From the NCBI GenBank assembly GCA_048881705.1, contig JBHLSH010000005.1, forward strand, positions 19,417 through 83,416: DNA of 64,000 nt. Direction: 5' to 3'. A model generated the notes under the pieces. The model had not been told where the DNA came from. It searched no databases and saw only the letters and a list, made by a program, of their open reading frames with translations. The position numbers were made by a program, and so were the translations under genes. How positions within the stretch are numbered: position 1 is the stretch's first letter; the number at the start of each line of letters is the position of its first letter. Of this stretch, positions 1-9,887 are shown piece by piece. Source of the stretch: Candidatus Heimdallarchaeota archaeon (lineage in GTDB: Archaea; Asgardarchaeota; Heimdallarchaeia; Hodarchaeales; Hodarchaeaceae).

Positions 1-1881
1 TGGCTATACCAGTATATGTTCGATGAAGGGACAAACTTTAGTGAAACAAGAGTTAAACAATTGAAGCTAATCCAATGTGCTGTATATGGTATTATCGATT
101 TTATTTCACAGTTCGAAGAAGAATTGTTGAAGATATGGCGTAAACCAAAATTATCAATAAATAGCAATTATGTCATTACTCTGGATAGAATTATAGAGAA
201 GAAAGGGGGCGCCAATGTTATCGGTAGGATAGTTGGTCATTCAGGAATACACCGACAGTTGAATGAATGGAAAGCTCTTGGCATAGTTTCTGATAAAACG
301 CGGCCCGAGCATATATTTCATAAAAGCGGCAGAAAAGTCCAGAACCGATATCGATCCTTGCCACTTGATACACAATATTTCAAGGATTTAGAAGAATTAA
401 TCCTTTCTCTTTTTTCTAATGGGCTGGATAGAGAATTAAATGGATGGCTCATCAAGTCTGAAAATTGGCAAGCTTTGAACACGGTTATAAATAAGTTTAG
501 AAACAAGATAAAGCTGATATATATAGATCCTCCATTTAATACTGGAACAAACGAGTTTACTATGTATATAAATCGTTTTTTGGATTCTGCTTGGCTAACA
601 ATGATGGAAAACCGACTTCAACTTGCCAAAGAATTCCTACATCCTTCTGGAAGCATCTATGTTCGAATTGACCATCACGCCAATCATTACGTACGGATGC
701 TCCTAGAAGATATATTTGGAAGTGATAATTTCCGAAACGAATTAATTATCAAACGAACCGAAGGGAAAAGTAGGGTCGAGGGAAAAGCATTTTCAGTCGG
801 AACTGAATCCTTGATGTTTTTTTCCAAAGGATCAGAAACCAAATTGAAAATCCCAGTAAAAAAGACTGATCTTAGCGTGCAAACGCAAGAGTTCCTTTCT
901 CGATTGAAAAAGGTAGAACCAGAAGTTTATACTCATGTAAATGATCTGATAGATGAGATTTTTTGGCTCGATCTTGATCATCGTCCTGGCTATCGATCAA
1001 CGTCTACGGAAATTTCAGTGTTCGGTCAGAAGTTCAGGGCTCCTGAGGGGAGACATTGGCTTCTTAACCAGAAAAGAATTGACGAAGCATTAGAACAGGG
1101 ACGTGTGAGACTCTCATGTGACTCATGCGGATCCAAGATTCAAACGGATTCAGTTAGACACGATGAATCGTGTCGAAATCCCCAACACAAGGTTCAAATT
1201 TACTACGCTGAAGAAAGCGTCACCTCAAATTGGACTGATCTCCAAAGTTATGCACAGTCGAACTTTTGGGGAAAAAAGTTTTCTACAGAGAATGCGGAGG
1301 TTTTATTGCAGAGGATAATGCAGGCCGCAACTGAATCAAAAGATGATATCGTTCTTGACTTTTTCCTCGGATCAGGAACGACCATCGCCGCAGCTCACAA
1401 ATTTCAAAGAAAATGGATTGGGATAGAGATGGGAGAACATTTTTACGACATTGTTCTTCCACGAATGAAAACGGTTCTTGCGGGTAAGCAATCTGGTATT
1501 TCACAAAATGTAAAATGGAAGGGGGGTGGGTTTTTCAAATACTTCGAGCTGGAGCAGTTCGAGCAAGCGCTAAGAAAGGTTAAATACGAGGATAGTGATC
1601 CATTGGAAGCGTTCGGTGCTGATCTCTATTCCCAGTATATTTTCCTAAAGGATTTAAAACTCCTAAAAGCTCTAGAGATCGATTATAAGGCTAAGAAGGT
1701 TCACATCAATTGGGATCGACTATATTCAAACGTCGATATATCTGAAACACTATCACATCTCTTGGGCCGTAGGATTAAGACTATTACCAAGACGGATTTA
1801 GAATTTGAAGATGGTTCAAAGTTTGATATAACAGAGCTCGATTACCAATTGGTAAAACCGTTACTATGGTGGGAAGGATGA
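1..1881 (+). CDS. mod: Type III restriction-modification methyltransferase (Mod), probably 5'-partial
   Basis: IYIDPPFNTG (motif IV) precedes VLDFFLGSGTT (motif I), the beta-class order; abuts a Res-type helicase; frame is open from base 1 (TGG CTA TAC CAG TAT ATG). Confidence 0.9.
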   Translation, partial: WLYQYMFDEGTNFSETRVKQLKLIQCAVYGIIDFISQFEEELLKIWRKPKLSINSNYVITLDRIIEKKGGANVIGRIVGHSGIHRQLNEWKALGIVSDKTRPEHIFHKSGRKVQNRYRSLPLDTQYFKDLEELILSLFSNGLDRELNGWLIKSENWQALNTVINKFRNKIKLIYIDPPFNTGTNEFTMYINRFLDSAWLTMMENRLQLAKEFLHPSGSIYVRIDHHANHYVRMLLEDIFGSDNFRNELIIKRTEGKSRVEGKAFSVGTESLMFFSKGSETKLKIPVKKTDLSVQTQEFLSRLKKVEPEVYTHVNDLIDEIFWLDLDHRPGYRSTSTEISVFGQKFRAPEGRHWLLNQKRIDEALEQGRVRLSCDSCGSKIQTDSVRHDESCRNPQHKVQIYYAEESVTSNWTDLQSYAQSNFWGKKFSTENAEVLLQRIMQAATESKDDIVLDFFLGSGTTIAAAHKFQRKWIGIEMGEHFYDIVLPRMKTVLAGKQSGISQNVKWKGGGFFKYFELEQFEQALRKVKYEDSDPLEAFGADLYSQYIFLKDLKLLKALEIDYKAKKVHINWDRLYSNVDISETLSHLLGRRIKTITKTDLEFEDGSKFDITELDYQLVKPLLWWEG

Positions 1882-4056
1882 ATGGAACCGGTCTATCCCC
1901 TGTTACAAAAAATGGTGGAGAATTTAGATTTTGATACTCTCCCTTCTCACTGGCGCGCTCTCTGCACGTCTTCGTTTTCCAAGCGCATAAGCCTGTATGG
2001 CTATCAGCTTCAGGCCCTTAAAAATATAATAAGGGGCTTATATTTGTTTTTCAAGATTGATAGAGCTGATAAAAGCCAGTTTTATTATAGGTACCTTGAT
2101 TATGGGCTGACTCCAGATACGGAAAGTTGTCTCAATCTCCAGATTGCTGCCTACGACATGGCCACCTCAAAAATCATTCAGGAATACCTCTCCCCAGTCC
2201 AAGGAAAAGTCCTGTTTCAACGAATTCTCCAACGAGCCGCATTCTGGATGGCAACAGGATCAGGTAAAACCCTTGTCATCATAAAACTAGTTGAAATCTT
2301 GAAAAATTTAATGGATATGGGAGAGATTCCGGAAAAAGATATTCTAATCTTAACACACAGGGATGATTTGCTCACCCAGATAATGAACCACGTTAACGAG
2401 TTCAATACATCTTTAATGGAAAAGGGTTTTTCTATTAATTTGACAAACCTGCAAAATTACGAGAATTTAAAAAGAGAGGGACTTTCGCCATTTTTGGACA
2501 CCGCGAGAGTATTTTATTATCGCTCTGATCTCATTGGTGACGATCAGAAGGAGAAAATCGTAGATTTCAGGAATTATGATATCAACGGCAATTGGTACCT
2601 CATACTCGATGAGGCACATAAAGGAGATAAGAATGAATCCAAACGCCAACTTTACTACTCCATCCTATCACGAAATGGCTTCTTGTTTAATTTTTCTGCG
2701 ACATTTGTGGATCCTCAAGACATGGTCACAACAGTCTACAATTTTAATCTTGAGAAATTTATAACCCGTGGTTATGGAAAACACCTTTTGTTGCTTCAGG
2801 ATGAATCGGATATATTTCGGGAAAAATCTGACTTCAACTCAAAGGAAAAGCAGAAAATCGTCTTGAAGGCTTTGATTCTTCTAACCTACATTAAGAAGAT
2901 AGTTATGAATATCACTCAAATCCGGGAGGGTATATATTGGGAACCGCTAATGCTAACACTGGTGAATACGGTTAACCTTTCCAGAAAACAGAGAAGGCCA
3001 GATTTGATCATGTTTTTCAAGGAAATAGAAGATATAGCGAAAGGGGATATAGATTCAATCTTATATGGCAATGCTATCAATGAGTTAATTCGGACAGAGG
3101 AATCCCATTATCTTTTTGAAGATACCCGCCTCCAGATTGATTGTCAACTAATCAAGACGATCTCAATCCAAGACATATTATTCCATATATTTAATTCAAC
3201 CGAATTCAGTGCAATCGAAGTAATCACAATTCCAGATAGTCGAAAGGAAGTAATTTTCAAGCTAAAATCAACAGATAAACCTTTTGCGTTAATCAAAATT
3301 GGAGATGTGACCAAGTGGATAAAGGAAAATCTTCCTGGATATGAAATAATTGAAAGTTACGACGACAGGAGCATCTTTTCTGATATCGAAAATCGGAACG
3401 ATATCAGTTTGCTAATGGGTTCTAGAGCATTTTATGAAGGGTGGGATTCAAACCGTCCTAATCTGATTATGTTTATAAATATTGGAAGGGGTATAGAGGC
3501 AAGAAAATTCGTAATGCAAAGTATTGGGCGGGGTGTTCGAGTAGAACCGATTATGGGTAAACGACGCCGATTAAAAAGCCTATATGAGGTAAAAAAGGAT
3601 AATAACCTATATCCACAAATGAAAAACTTAATAGAACCTTTAGAAACTCTTTTCATTTTTGGGACTAATCGTGAAATTCTCAAACAAGTCTTTAAAACTC
3701 TAAAAATTGAAAAAAAACCGAAAGAAGTCCACGAACCTGAAGATGTGGATGTCAGCGCAGCTCCAAAAAGGAAAAAATCCGGAAAGAATGAAATTATACG
3801 TGGCAGTTTAGGAAGGTTAGAGATTCCAGAATCTTATTTTCGGATTCTATCAGAACTTTTTCAATCGTGTGATGATCGCATTCTAATTTCCATAAGTGGA
3901 CTATCTTTAAATTCCGTAGAAAAGATAAGACGCTACCTTCAAGAACCTTCCAAATATTTCTTAAGAACGAGAGATCCTGTAACAGACGTTCCTCCAAGAA
4001 TGGTTATTAAAATCGTGGTCAACCATTTTCGCGAAGATTCAAACGATTTCCTTTAA
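1882..4056 (+). CDS. res: Type III restriction Res subunit, SF2 helicase/ATPase part (no C-terminal nuclease recognisable)
   Basis: MATGSGKT Walker A, LDEAH Walker B, FSAT motif III, FYEGWD, QSIGRGVR motif VI; ATG directly follows the mod TGA. Confidence 0.85.
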   Translation: MEPVYPLLQKMVENLDFDTLPSHWRALCTSSFSKRISLYGYQLQALKNIIRGLYLFFKIDRADKSQFYYRYLDYGLTPDTESCLNLQIAAYDMATSKIIQEYLSPVQGKVLFQRILQRAAFWMATGSGKTLVIIKLVEILKNLMDMGEIPEKDILILTHRDDLLTQIMNHVNEFNTSLMEKGFSINLTNLQNYENLKREGLSPFLDTARVFYYRSDLIGDDQKEKIVDFRNYDINGNWYLILDEAHKGDKNESKRQLYYSILSRNGFLFNFSATFVDPQDMVTTVYNFNLEKFITRGYGKHLLLLQDESDIFREKSDFNSKEKQKIVLKALILLTYIKKIVMNITQIREGIYWEPLMLTLVNTVNLSRKQRRPDLIMFFKEIEDIAKGDIDSILYGNAINELIRTEESHYLFEDTRLQIDCQLIKTISIQDILFHIFNSTEFSAIEVITIPDSRKEVIFKLKSTDKPFALIKIGDVTKWIKENLPGYEIIESYDDRSIFSDIENRNDISLLMGSRAFYEGWDSNRPNLIMFINIGRGIEARKFVMQSIGRGVRVEPIMGKRRRLKSLYEVKKDNNLYPQMKNLIEPLETLFIFGTNREILKQVFKTLKIEKKPKEVHEPEDVDVSAAPKRKKSGKNEIIRGSLGRLEIPESYFRILSELFQSCDDRILISISGLSLNSVEKIRRYLQEPSKYFLRTRDPVTDVPPRMVIKIVVNHFREDSNDFL

Positions 4057-4176
4057 ATCAGAACAACCTTACCCTAGGAGTTAGAACCGTCTCGGTTTTA
4101 TTAGGAAGGCAATGTATTTTACCTGTCATAACATAAGTATGGGCTATCAATAGAATTTAACTGGAATTGTTGTGAA

Positions 4177-5688
4177 ATGAGTATAGATGCATTTTATCAG
4201 CATTTAAACAAGGGCAATCTCAGCGAAGCAGATCGCATAGCTGCCATGCTCTACGGTGAAGAAAGAGATGAAGCAGAACTGATAATGGCGGTATTTAAAT
4301 TGAATAACTTTGGTCCAGGACCGGTGGCGCCCTTTGTAAATCGGATCCTGTCAGAAAGCCAGAATATTCCGCGTATCCATAGCATGGCCAGAATTGTATC
4401 AGCAGGAATCCTCTTTTGGCAAGCTAAATATGAAGAGGCCCAGGCGGAACTTGAAATAGCCGAAAATTTATTGATAATGGCATCAAAGAATTCAGAAAAG
4501 GGAACTCGGCATATAAAGGCGATTCTTCTTCTTTTTAAAGGAGTTATTCATCACGGCCTAGTTGATATTAATGATGATTTGGTTTTGAAAAATTACCAAA
4601 AGGCGCTGGAAATTTGTTTCGAGGAGGGATTTCCTTTAAAAATTCTAGTCGCTACCATTTACAATAATATATCCGTTTTTTATAAGAGAAAGGGAGATTG
4701 GCCAATAGTAATAGAATATAATCAAAAAATTCTGGATCTTTGCGATAGAATCGGAAATCAAGCGCTTCAATTATATCCCCTAATTCAGTTAGGAATTATT
4801 CAGTTCGTTCAGGGCGATCTAGCATTAGCTCAAGAATTATTTCAAAAAGCATTACATTTTTCTGAACAATATCCCGATAAACGAGGAGCTGCATGGGCCT
4901 TGGAGAATTTGGGCGCGGTTCATCAGAGTAAGGGGGAATTCCAAAATGCTTTGGATTGTTATCAACGGGCTCTTCAGTTAACTCAATCAATAAAACTTGC
5001 GGGAGGTGCTGATCTTTCGGCTATCTATTACAGGCTGTTCCAACTTCAATTGGCCATGGAAAGTTCTAATCAGGCACAAGAATATCTGAGAAAGCTGCAG
5101 GAGCAAAGTCAGATTGACCAAAGTCTAAATGCCCAAATTCATTTTCAAATGGCAAAAGCCCTATTTTTGAGAACCAGCCAGCGATTCAAAGATAAAGCAC
5201 AGGCGCAAGATCTTTTTAGAACTGTTATGGAGAACAAAGGAACGAGCGAAGGAATAAGGTTCCTGGCCATGCTGCATCTATGTGATTTATTATTACAAGA
5301 GGCAAAGGTTTCTGGTGAAGAAAAATTGCTTGTGGAGGTCCAAACGATAACGGACTACGTCATCGAACAGGCACAAGTTTGGAAATTTGCTCCCGATCTT
5401 ATCAACACCTTCATCTTGAAGGCAAAATTCCTATTGATTACCGGCGCTGCACAAGAAGCGTCTAACATACTTAAAGAGGCCCTTCAAATTGCCGAAGATA
5501 GGGCATTAATTTATCTAGCTGATCAGGTTAGAAAAGAACAGGAAAACTTGAAAGATGAGCTTAAAAAGTGGAAGGAATTTACGGAACGGAATGCATCCTT
5601 ACAGGAACGCCTTGCTTTTGCTGAACTGGAGGATTATCTTCAAATGGCCATCAAAATGCGGGATTTGAAGGCTGATCCTTCAAAATAG
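4177..5688 (+). CDS. Tetratricopeptide repeat protein
   Basis: Repeated TPR consensus (A..YNNI...Y...G.W..A..Y.QK.L; ALENLGAVHQSKGEFQNALDCYQRAL) and a helical C-terminal region. Confidence 0.85.
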   Translation: MSIDAFYQHLNKGNLSEADRIAAMLYGEERDEAELIMAVFKLNNFGPGPVAPFVNRILSESQNIPRIHSMARIVSAGILFWQAKYEEAQAELEIAENLLIMASKNSEKGTRHIKAILLLFKGVIHHGLVDINDDLVLKNYQKALEICFEEGFPLKILVATIYNNISVFYKRKGDWPIVIEYNQKILDLCDRIGNQALQLYPLIQLGIIQFVQGDLALAQELFQKALHFSEQYPDKRGAAWALENLGAVHQSKGEFQNALDCYQRALQLTQSIKLAGGADLSAIYYRLFQLQLAMESSNQAQEYLRKLQEQSQIDQSLNAQIHFQMAKALFLRTSQRFKDKAQAQDLFRTVMENKGTSEGIRFLAMLHLCDLLLQEAKVSGEEKLLVEVQTITDYVIEQAQVWKFAPDLINTFILKAKFLLITGAAQEASNILKEALQIAEDRALIYLADQVRKEQENLKDELKKWKEFTERNASLQERLAFAELEDYLQMAIKMRDLKADPSK

Positions 5689-5739
5689 TGATCACTCTTC
5701 TATCAATCTTGTGAAAAAAGGGAAAATCATGTTTCAAGG

Positions 5740-8142
5740 CTAATCGCAAAGAATCGAGCGGCTCAGTTTTTGCAGGATTTCCATTTTCTGGTTTGTACTC
5801 CCTTTTCTTCTAACTTTGGAAACTTCTTTTACCAATAACCTGTGCAGTTCCAAGCTGGGATCATATTCGGGTAACTTCAGGTTTCTAAGTAACTTTGTCG
5901 TCGTGGAGGTACCCAATTTTTTTGCAGATACAAATCTCCGAACACGTGGCGAATTGACCAATCCTGCAATAAAAAGTAATTCCTCTTTGCTCGAAAAAGA
6001 GGTGTACATCACCTTATTGTTGGGTACTAAAGGTTTTACCCCTAGGTAAGTATCTCTTGTTGGTACAACAATAGAGCAACGAAATTCACCCATTTCAGGC
6101 CAAAATAACTTGTATGGAGAGAATAAATCCTTGTTGACGTTGTAGATTGAATAGAAAGGATCATTGGATTTGAAGTATTTTTGTACCCCAGGCCGTCCAC
6201 ATAGCTCATGCTTAAACGTTTTTAGATAGGAATAGGTTGCGGGGTACTTCTTCCGCATTGTAGCTACGTCGATCCCTCTCCTCGTTAACGGATTATTCGT
6301 CACGATTACGTGATAGTTATCTGTGGATCGGATATTCCATAATCCAATATCTCGGCCCCGAACGAGCGGAAAAAGCAGATCAGGTTCAATCTTTGCGTGA
6401 ACAATCTTTACTTTTTTCCTCCCAATATTGCCAAGATTCTCAATCAACATGTTTCCGTCCTCAGATCTCTCGATAATTCGAACCCAAAACACGCCATTCA
6501 ACCAAGTGCAAATGCCTGCTTTACCTAAATACTTGGAGCGGCCTCTCAACTTTTTTATAAGTACAGGAACTTCTTCGTCAGAAAAAGGGTAAATTATCCA
6601 TGATGATTCTGGCTTTTCTCCTGAAGGTTCCGCTAAGAGTTTCGTATTGCTGATAGATGCTCTAACGTGTTCTAATGTTTGTGCATTATCAGCCAGTTCA
6701 ATTTTGTTATTCTTGCTCCAAATACGGTAATTTACTGGGTAAATAGTTTTTTTTCCTTTGGTACAATAAACGATGGCAGTTCGGGTTACGGCTTTGAAAG
6801 GTTTGAGACCTACCATATCGTCAACCAAATCTATGCTGAAAAACTGGTCACTTCCAAAAGAAAATTCTCGAAATCCCTCCCCTGCCTTCATCGATTGGAA
6901 GACATTTTGGTTAATTAGAAAAATTAATTTCCCGTTCTTCCTAAGATAGAGATCAATGCATCTATAAAGAAAAAGCATAGAAAGATCTTTTTTTCCTCCA
7001 CCGAGTCTCGCTTCCGAACCTTTTTTGATAGAAAACAGACTGTACCGCTTCCAGAGGTTGAATGTTTCAGTTCGGTAACTTTTTGAGAGGAATTCCCATC
7101 CCACCCATGGCGGGTTACCCAAAACATAGTCGAAACTACCAGTCCATCCTTTAATTCTCGGATTTACAGCATCTGATAGGAAGATAGGGAGAATCTTATT
7201 ATCTTCTCCGCATGGCATAATATCAGAAACTGCGATTAGATAGTTTGCTCGGGCTGTAGTTACAGCTATTGGGTTAATATCAATTCCAACAACCTGATCT
7301 CGAATCAACTCAAATAGCTCTTCCTCCAGGATAGATGCCCGAAACTGTCTCTTGAGCTTATTTATTACGTGAATAATGAATGTTCCTGAACCGCAGCACG
7401 GGTCTAGAACTCTAGTTTTCTCCCCGATCTCAATTTGATCGCTAACATATTCAGCAAGCCAATTAGGAGTGTAATATTCGCCCAGATCGTGACGAATCCC
7501 TTTAGGTATCAGACTTTCATATAATTCCTTGAATAGATCCAAAGCTTCATAAGAGTTCGAATCTGCATGTATTGATCGATAGCTATCCAAGGATTTAAGT
7601 ATTTCAAAAATCATATTCGCTAGGCTGTCTGACCACTCATCGGTAAACCACCAGTAGAAATTATCAGTAACTATATCAAATAAGCCGGAATATTCATTAA
7701 TATGGCCAGCAGGAACATTTTTCAACAGTTCACACAATTCAGACGGGTTTTTACATAATAGCTGACGTAGATATCCATGATCACCCAAATTTCTGTTTGA
7801 AAAAACGGCTTCGGAGGCCAATAATGTTATTATCAAGGAATAATACGTATGAATACAGAAAATGACTTCAGTACATCTAAGACGGCTCCTTTCAAACCTC
7901 TTTGCTAGATTTAGCATACTCTTTTTAGGGGATTGGAAATTATATCTGCAGAAACGGGAAAGGTGCTCTTTCCATGCCCTAAACCTTTTTTTTGTACGTG
8001 CTTTTACGGGGTTCTCGATTGCTCGTAGTAAAACAGATACCAAATTTGTACAATTGGAGGATCCCAGTCCGAAATCATTGGTAAGATTAAATGAAGAAAG
8101 GGGGCGTCGATCTGAGACGAGCATATACAAACAACATTCCAC
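5740..8142 (-). CDS. N6-adenine DNA methyltransferase, type IIG/Eco57I-like M-TRD portion
   Basis: LGEYYTP, VLDPCCGSGTF (motif I), VGIDINP, VLGNPPW (motif IV; gamma class), TRD-like C-terminus. Confidence 0.85.
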   Translation of the reverse strand: MECCLYMLVSDRRPLSSFNLTNDFGLGSSNCTNLVSVLLRAIENPVKARTKKRFRAWKEHLSRFCRYNFQSPKKSMLNLAKRFERSRLRCTEVIFCIHTYYSLIITLLASEAVFSNRNLGDHGYLRQLLCKNPSELCELLKNVPAGHINEYSGLFDIVTDNFYWWFTDEWSDSLANMIFEILKSLDSYRSIHADSNSYEALDLFKELYESLIPKGIRHDLGEYYTPNWLAEYVSDQIEIGEKTRVLDPCCGSGTFIIHVINKLKRQFRASILEEELFELIRDQVVGIDINPIAVTTARANYLIAVSDIMPCGEDNKILPIFLSDAVNPRIKGWTGSFDYVLGNPPWVGWEFLSKSYRTETFNLWKRYSLFSIKKGSEARLGGGKKDLSMLFLYRCIDLYLRKNGKLIFLINQNVFQSMKAGEGFREFSFGSDQFFSIDLVDDMVGLKPFKAVTRTAIVYCTKGKKTIYPVNYRIWSKNNKIELADNAQTLEHVRASISNTKLLAEPSGEKPESSWIIYPFSDEEVPVLIKKLRGRSKYLGKAGICTWLNGVFWVRIIERSEDGNMLIENLGNIGRKKVKIVHAKIEPDLLFPLVRGRDIGLWNIRSTDNYHVIVTNNPLTRRGIDVATMRKKYPATYSYLKTFKHELCGRPGVQKYFKSNDPFYSIYNVNKDLFSPYKLFWPEMGEFRCSIVVPTRDTYLGVKPLVPNNKVMYTSFSSKEELLFIAGLVNSPRVRRFVSAKKLGTSTTTKLLRNLKLPEYDPSLELHRLLVKEVSKVRRKGSTNQKMEILQKLSRSILCD

Positions 8143-8153
8143 TGGTTAAATCT

Positions 8154-8747
8154 CTAGCTCTCTAAATACATACAAAACGATTGGTTACGTACCGGAAGCG
8201 GTAAGGCATGAAATTGGGAAGTGTGGACAAGATGAAGATCAAGGTTTTTGAAAAGTTCCTTCCAATCATCTAATTTTCGAAAATTAAAAGGGATGGGCAT
8301 TTGAGCTGAAAATGTTCGATTTTCAAGTAAATCGAAAAATTTTAGGAAAAAGCGCTCTAACCTATTATTAAAGACATCTTCAATAATTATTAGTTTTTTT
8401 CTACTAACTCGCATCATTTCTTTTAATATACTACCAACATTGGGACAATGATGAAGGACAAAAACACCTATGCATACATCAAACGAATCATCTGGAAATG
8501 GAATCGGTTCATTCCCATCATAAAGGCGCAATGGGATACCTGGAACACGATATTTTGGATAGGCTAAGATATCCAAACCCTGAATCTCTACGCCTGTTTT
8601 TTCTTGAATTCGGAGAGAAACGTATCCATCCCCATCGCCAACGCTCAACATCGATTCGCCTGATTCCAAAAAAAAATGGATATGCTTTAAAATCTGATTT
8701 GCCCGATAATTTCGAATTGGTTCTGCAATTCTTGTAAGTAGAGACAA
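8154..8747 (-). CDS. Class I SAM-dependent methyltransferase
   Basis: LSVGDGDG motif I, GLDI, PFPDDSFDV, VLHH, EMMRVSRK. Confidence 0.85.
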   Translation of the reverse strand: MSLLTRIAEPIRNYRANQILKHIHFFLESGESMLSVGDGDGYVSLRIQEKTGVEIQGLDILAYPKYRVPGIPLRLYDGNEPIPFPDDSFDVCIGVFVLHHCPNVGSILKEMMRVSRKKLIIIEDVFNNRLERFFLKFFDLLENRTFSAQMPIPFNFRKLDDWKELFKNLDLHLVHTSQFHALPLPVRNQSFCMYLES

Positions 8748-9093
8748 ACTTTTGGCTCCCGTTAATGTCCCAGTATTTGATCGAATGTTAAATCAGCGCA
8801 GATTCAGTTCCTTCTAAATCTTTTTCTTCGTGTTCCAAATCATAATGAACAACTTCGATGTAGAATGCTCATAGGATCCTCTTCCAATAGAATGTCTTAT
8901 TCTGGAATAATGTGTCTCACTAGAAAGAGGAAATTGCCATTTTGTCGGTTTATGAAACGAAATGGCCCTTTAATGACATATTTTATGCTGATATTGACAA
9001 ATAACTTTTGAAAGAGCTTCATTCATTTAAATACGGATTATTCGCAAGTATATTTTTAATCCTTATACAAAAAGCTATTTTGGTGTCAAATTA

Positions 9094-9531
9094 ATGGTAA
9101 GAATAGTTCCTTATTTAACGGTAAAAAATGGTAAAGAGGCCATCGAGTTATATAAAAGGATTTTTAACGCTAAATTAGTAGATCACGAAGCTTTTAGCCC
9201 TGAAACAACAGCTGGCTTTAATTTTCCTAAAGATTTCGATTATGAGAACTCTACGATGCACGCTGAACTGGATATTGGAGGATCAGCCATTTTCTTATCT
9301 GATAATGTAGGCCCTCCTGCCGAATCATCCACTCGACTAGTCGAAGTAGTTCTGGATTTCGAAACAAAAGAGGAAATCGAAAATATCTACAAAAAAGCCC
9401 AAGAAAACGGGTGTGAGATTATGATGGAGTTACAACAGACTTTTTGGGGCGCATTATATTCACGATTCTCGGATCCTTTTGGTATCGGTTGGCAGCTGAA
9501 TCATGATCTGCCTCAGGAAGAGTCCAAGTAA
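9094..9531 (+). CDS. VOC/glyoxalase family protein (PhnB-like)
   Basis: IVPYLTV..GKEAIELY..IF, MHAELDIG, FWGALYSRFSDPFGIGWQL. Confidence 0.9.
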   Translation: MVRIVPYLTVKNGKEAIELYKRIFNAKLVDHEAFSPETTAGFNFPKDFDYENSTMHAELDIGGSAIFLSDNVGPPAESSTRLVEVVLDFETKEEIENIYKKAQENGCEIMMELQQTFWGALYSRFSDPFGIGWQLNHDLPQEESK

Positions 9532-9887
9532 TCCTTTACTTAAATCCAAACGAAAAGCTTACCTCTTTCTTTCTATTCTGGTTTCGCTTGGTATCGAAAT
9601 TCACCTCCTTTGATATGATCCGCTCGGTGGATTACGGAGTATTGAGCGTACATTAATTATTGGAATTGGTACGTGGATCAATGTCATCCTTTACAGCTAT
9701 TTTCGTAAGTAAAGGTTTGATAAGTTATCTTTCACCTTGCTTTCAATAACCATCAGCGATCTATATCAGTGGAAATCCTGCTATTGCCGCTTAAACAGAT
9801 ATCTCTGATTACTAAGGTGAAGTGAATCTTTCCACTATAAGTTGATTCGTGGTTCTGTTCAGGAAAAAAATTGTAAAGTGGAAAACC

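Noticed and set aside
9599-9611. TCACCTCCTT resembling the 16S rRNA 3' end or a perfect SD on the minus strand
   Set aside because: No rRNA context and no start codon or ORF downstream.
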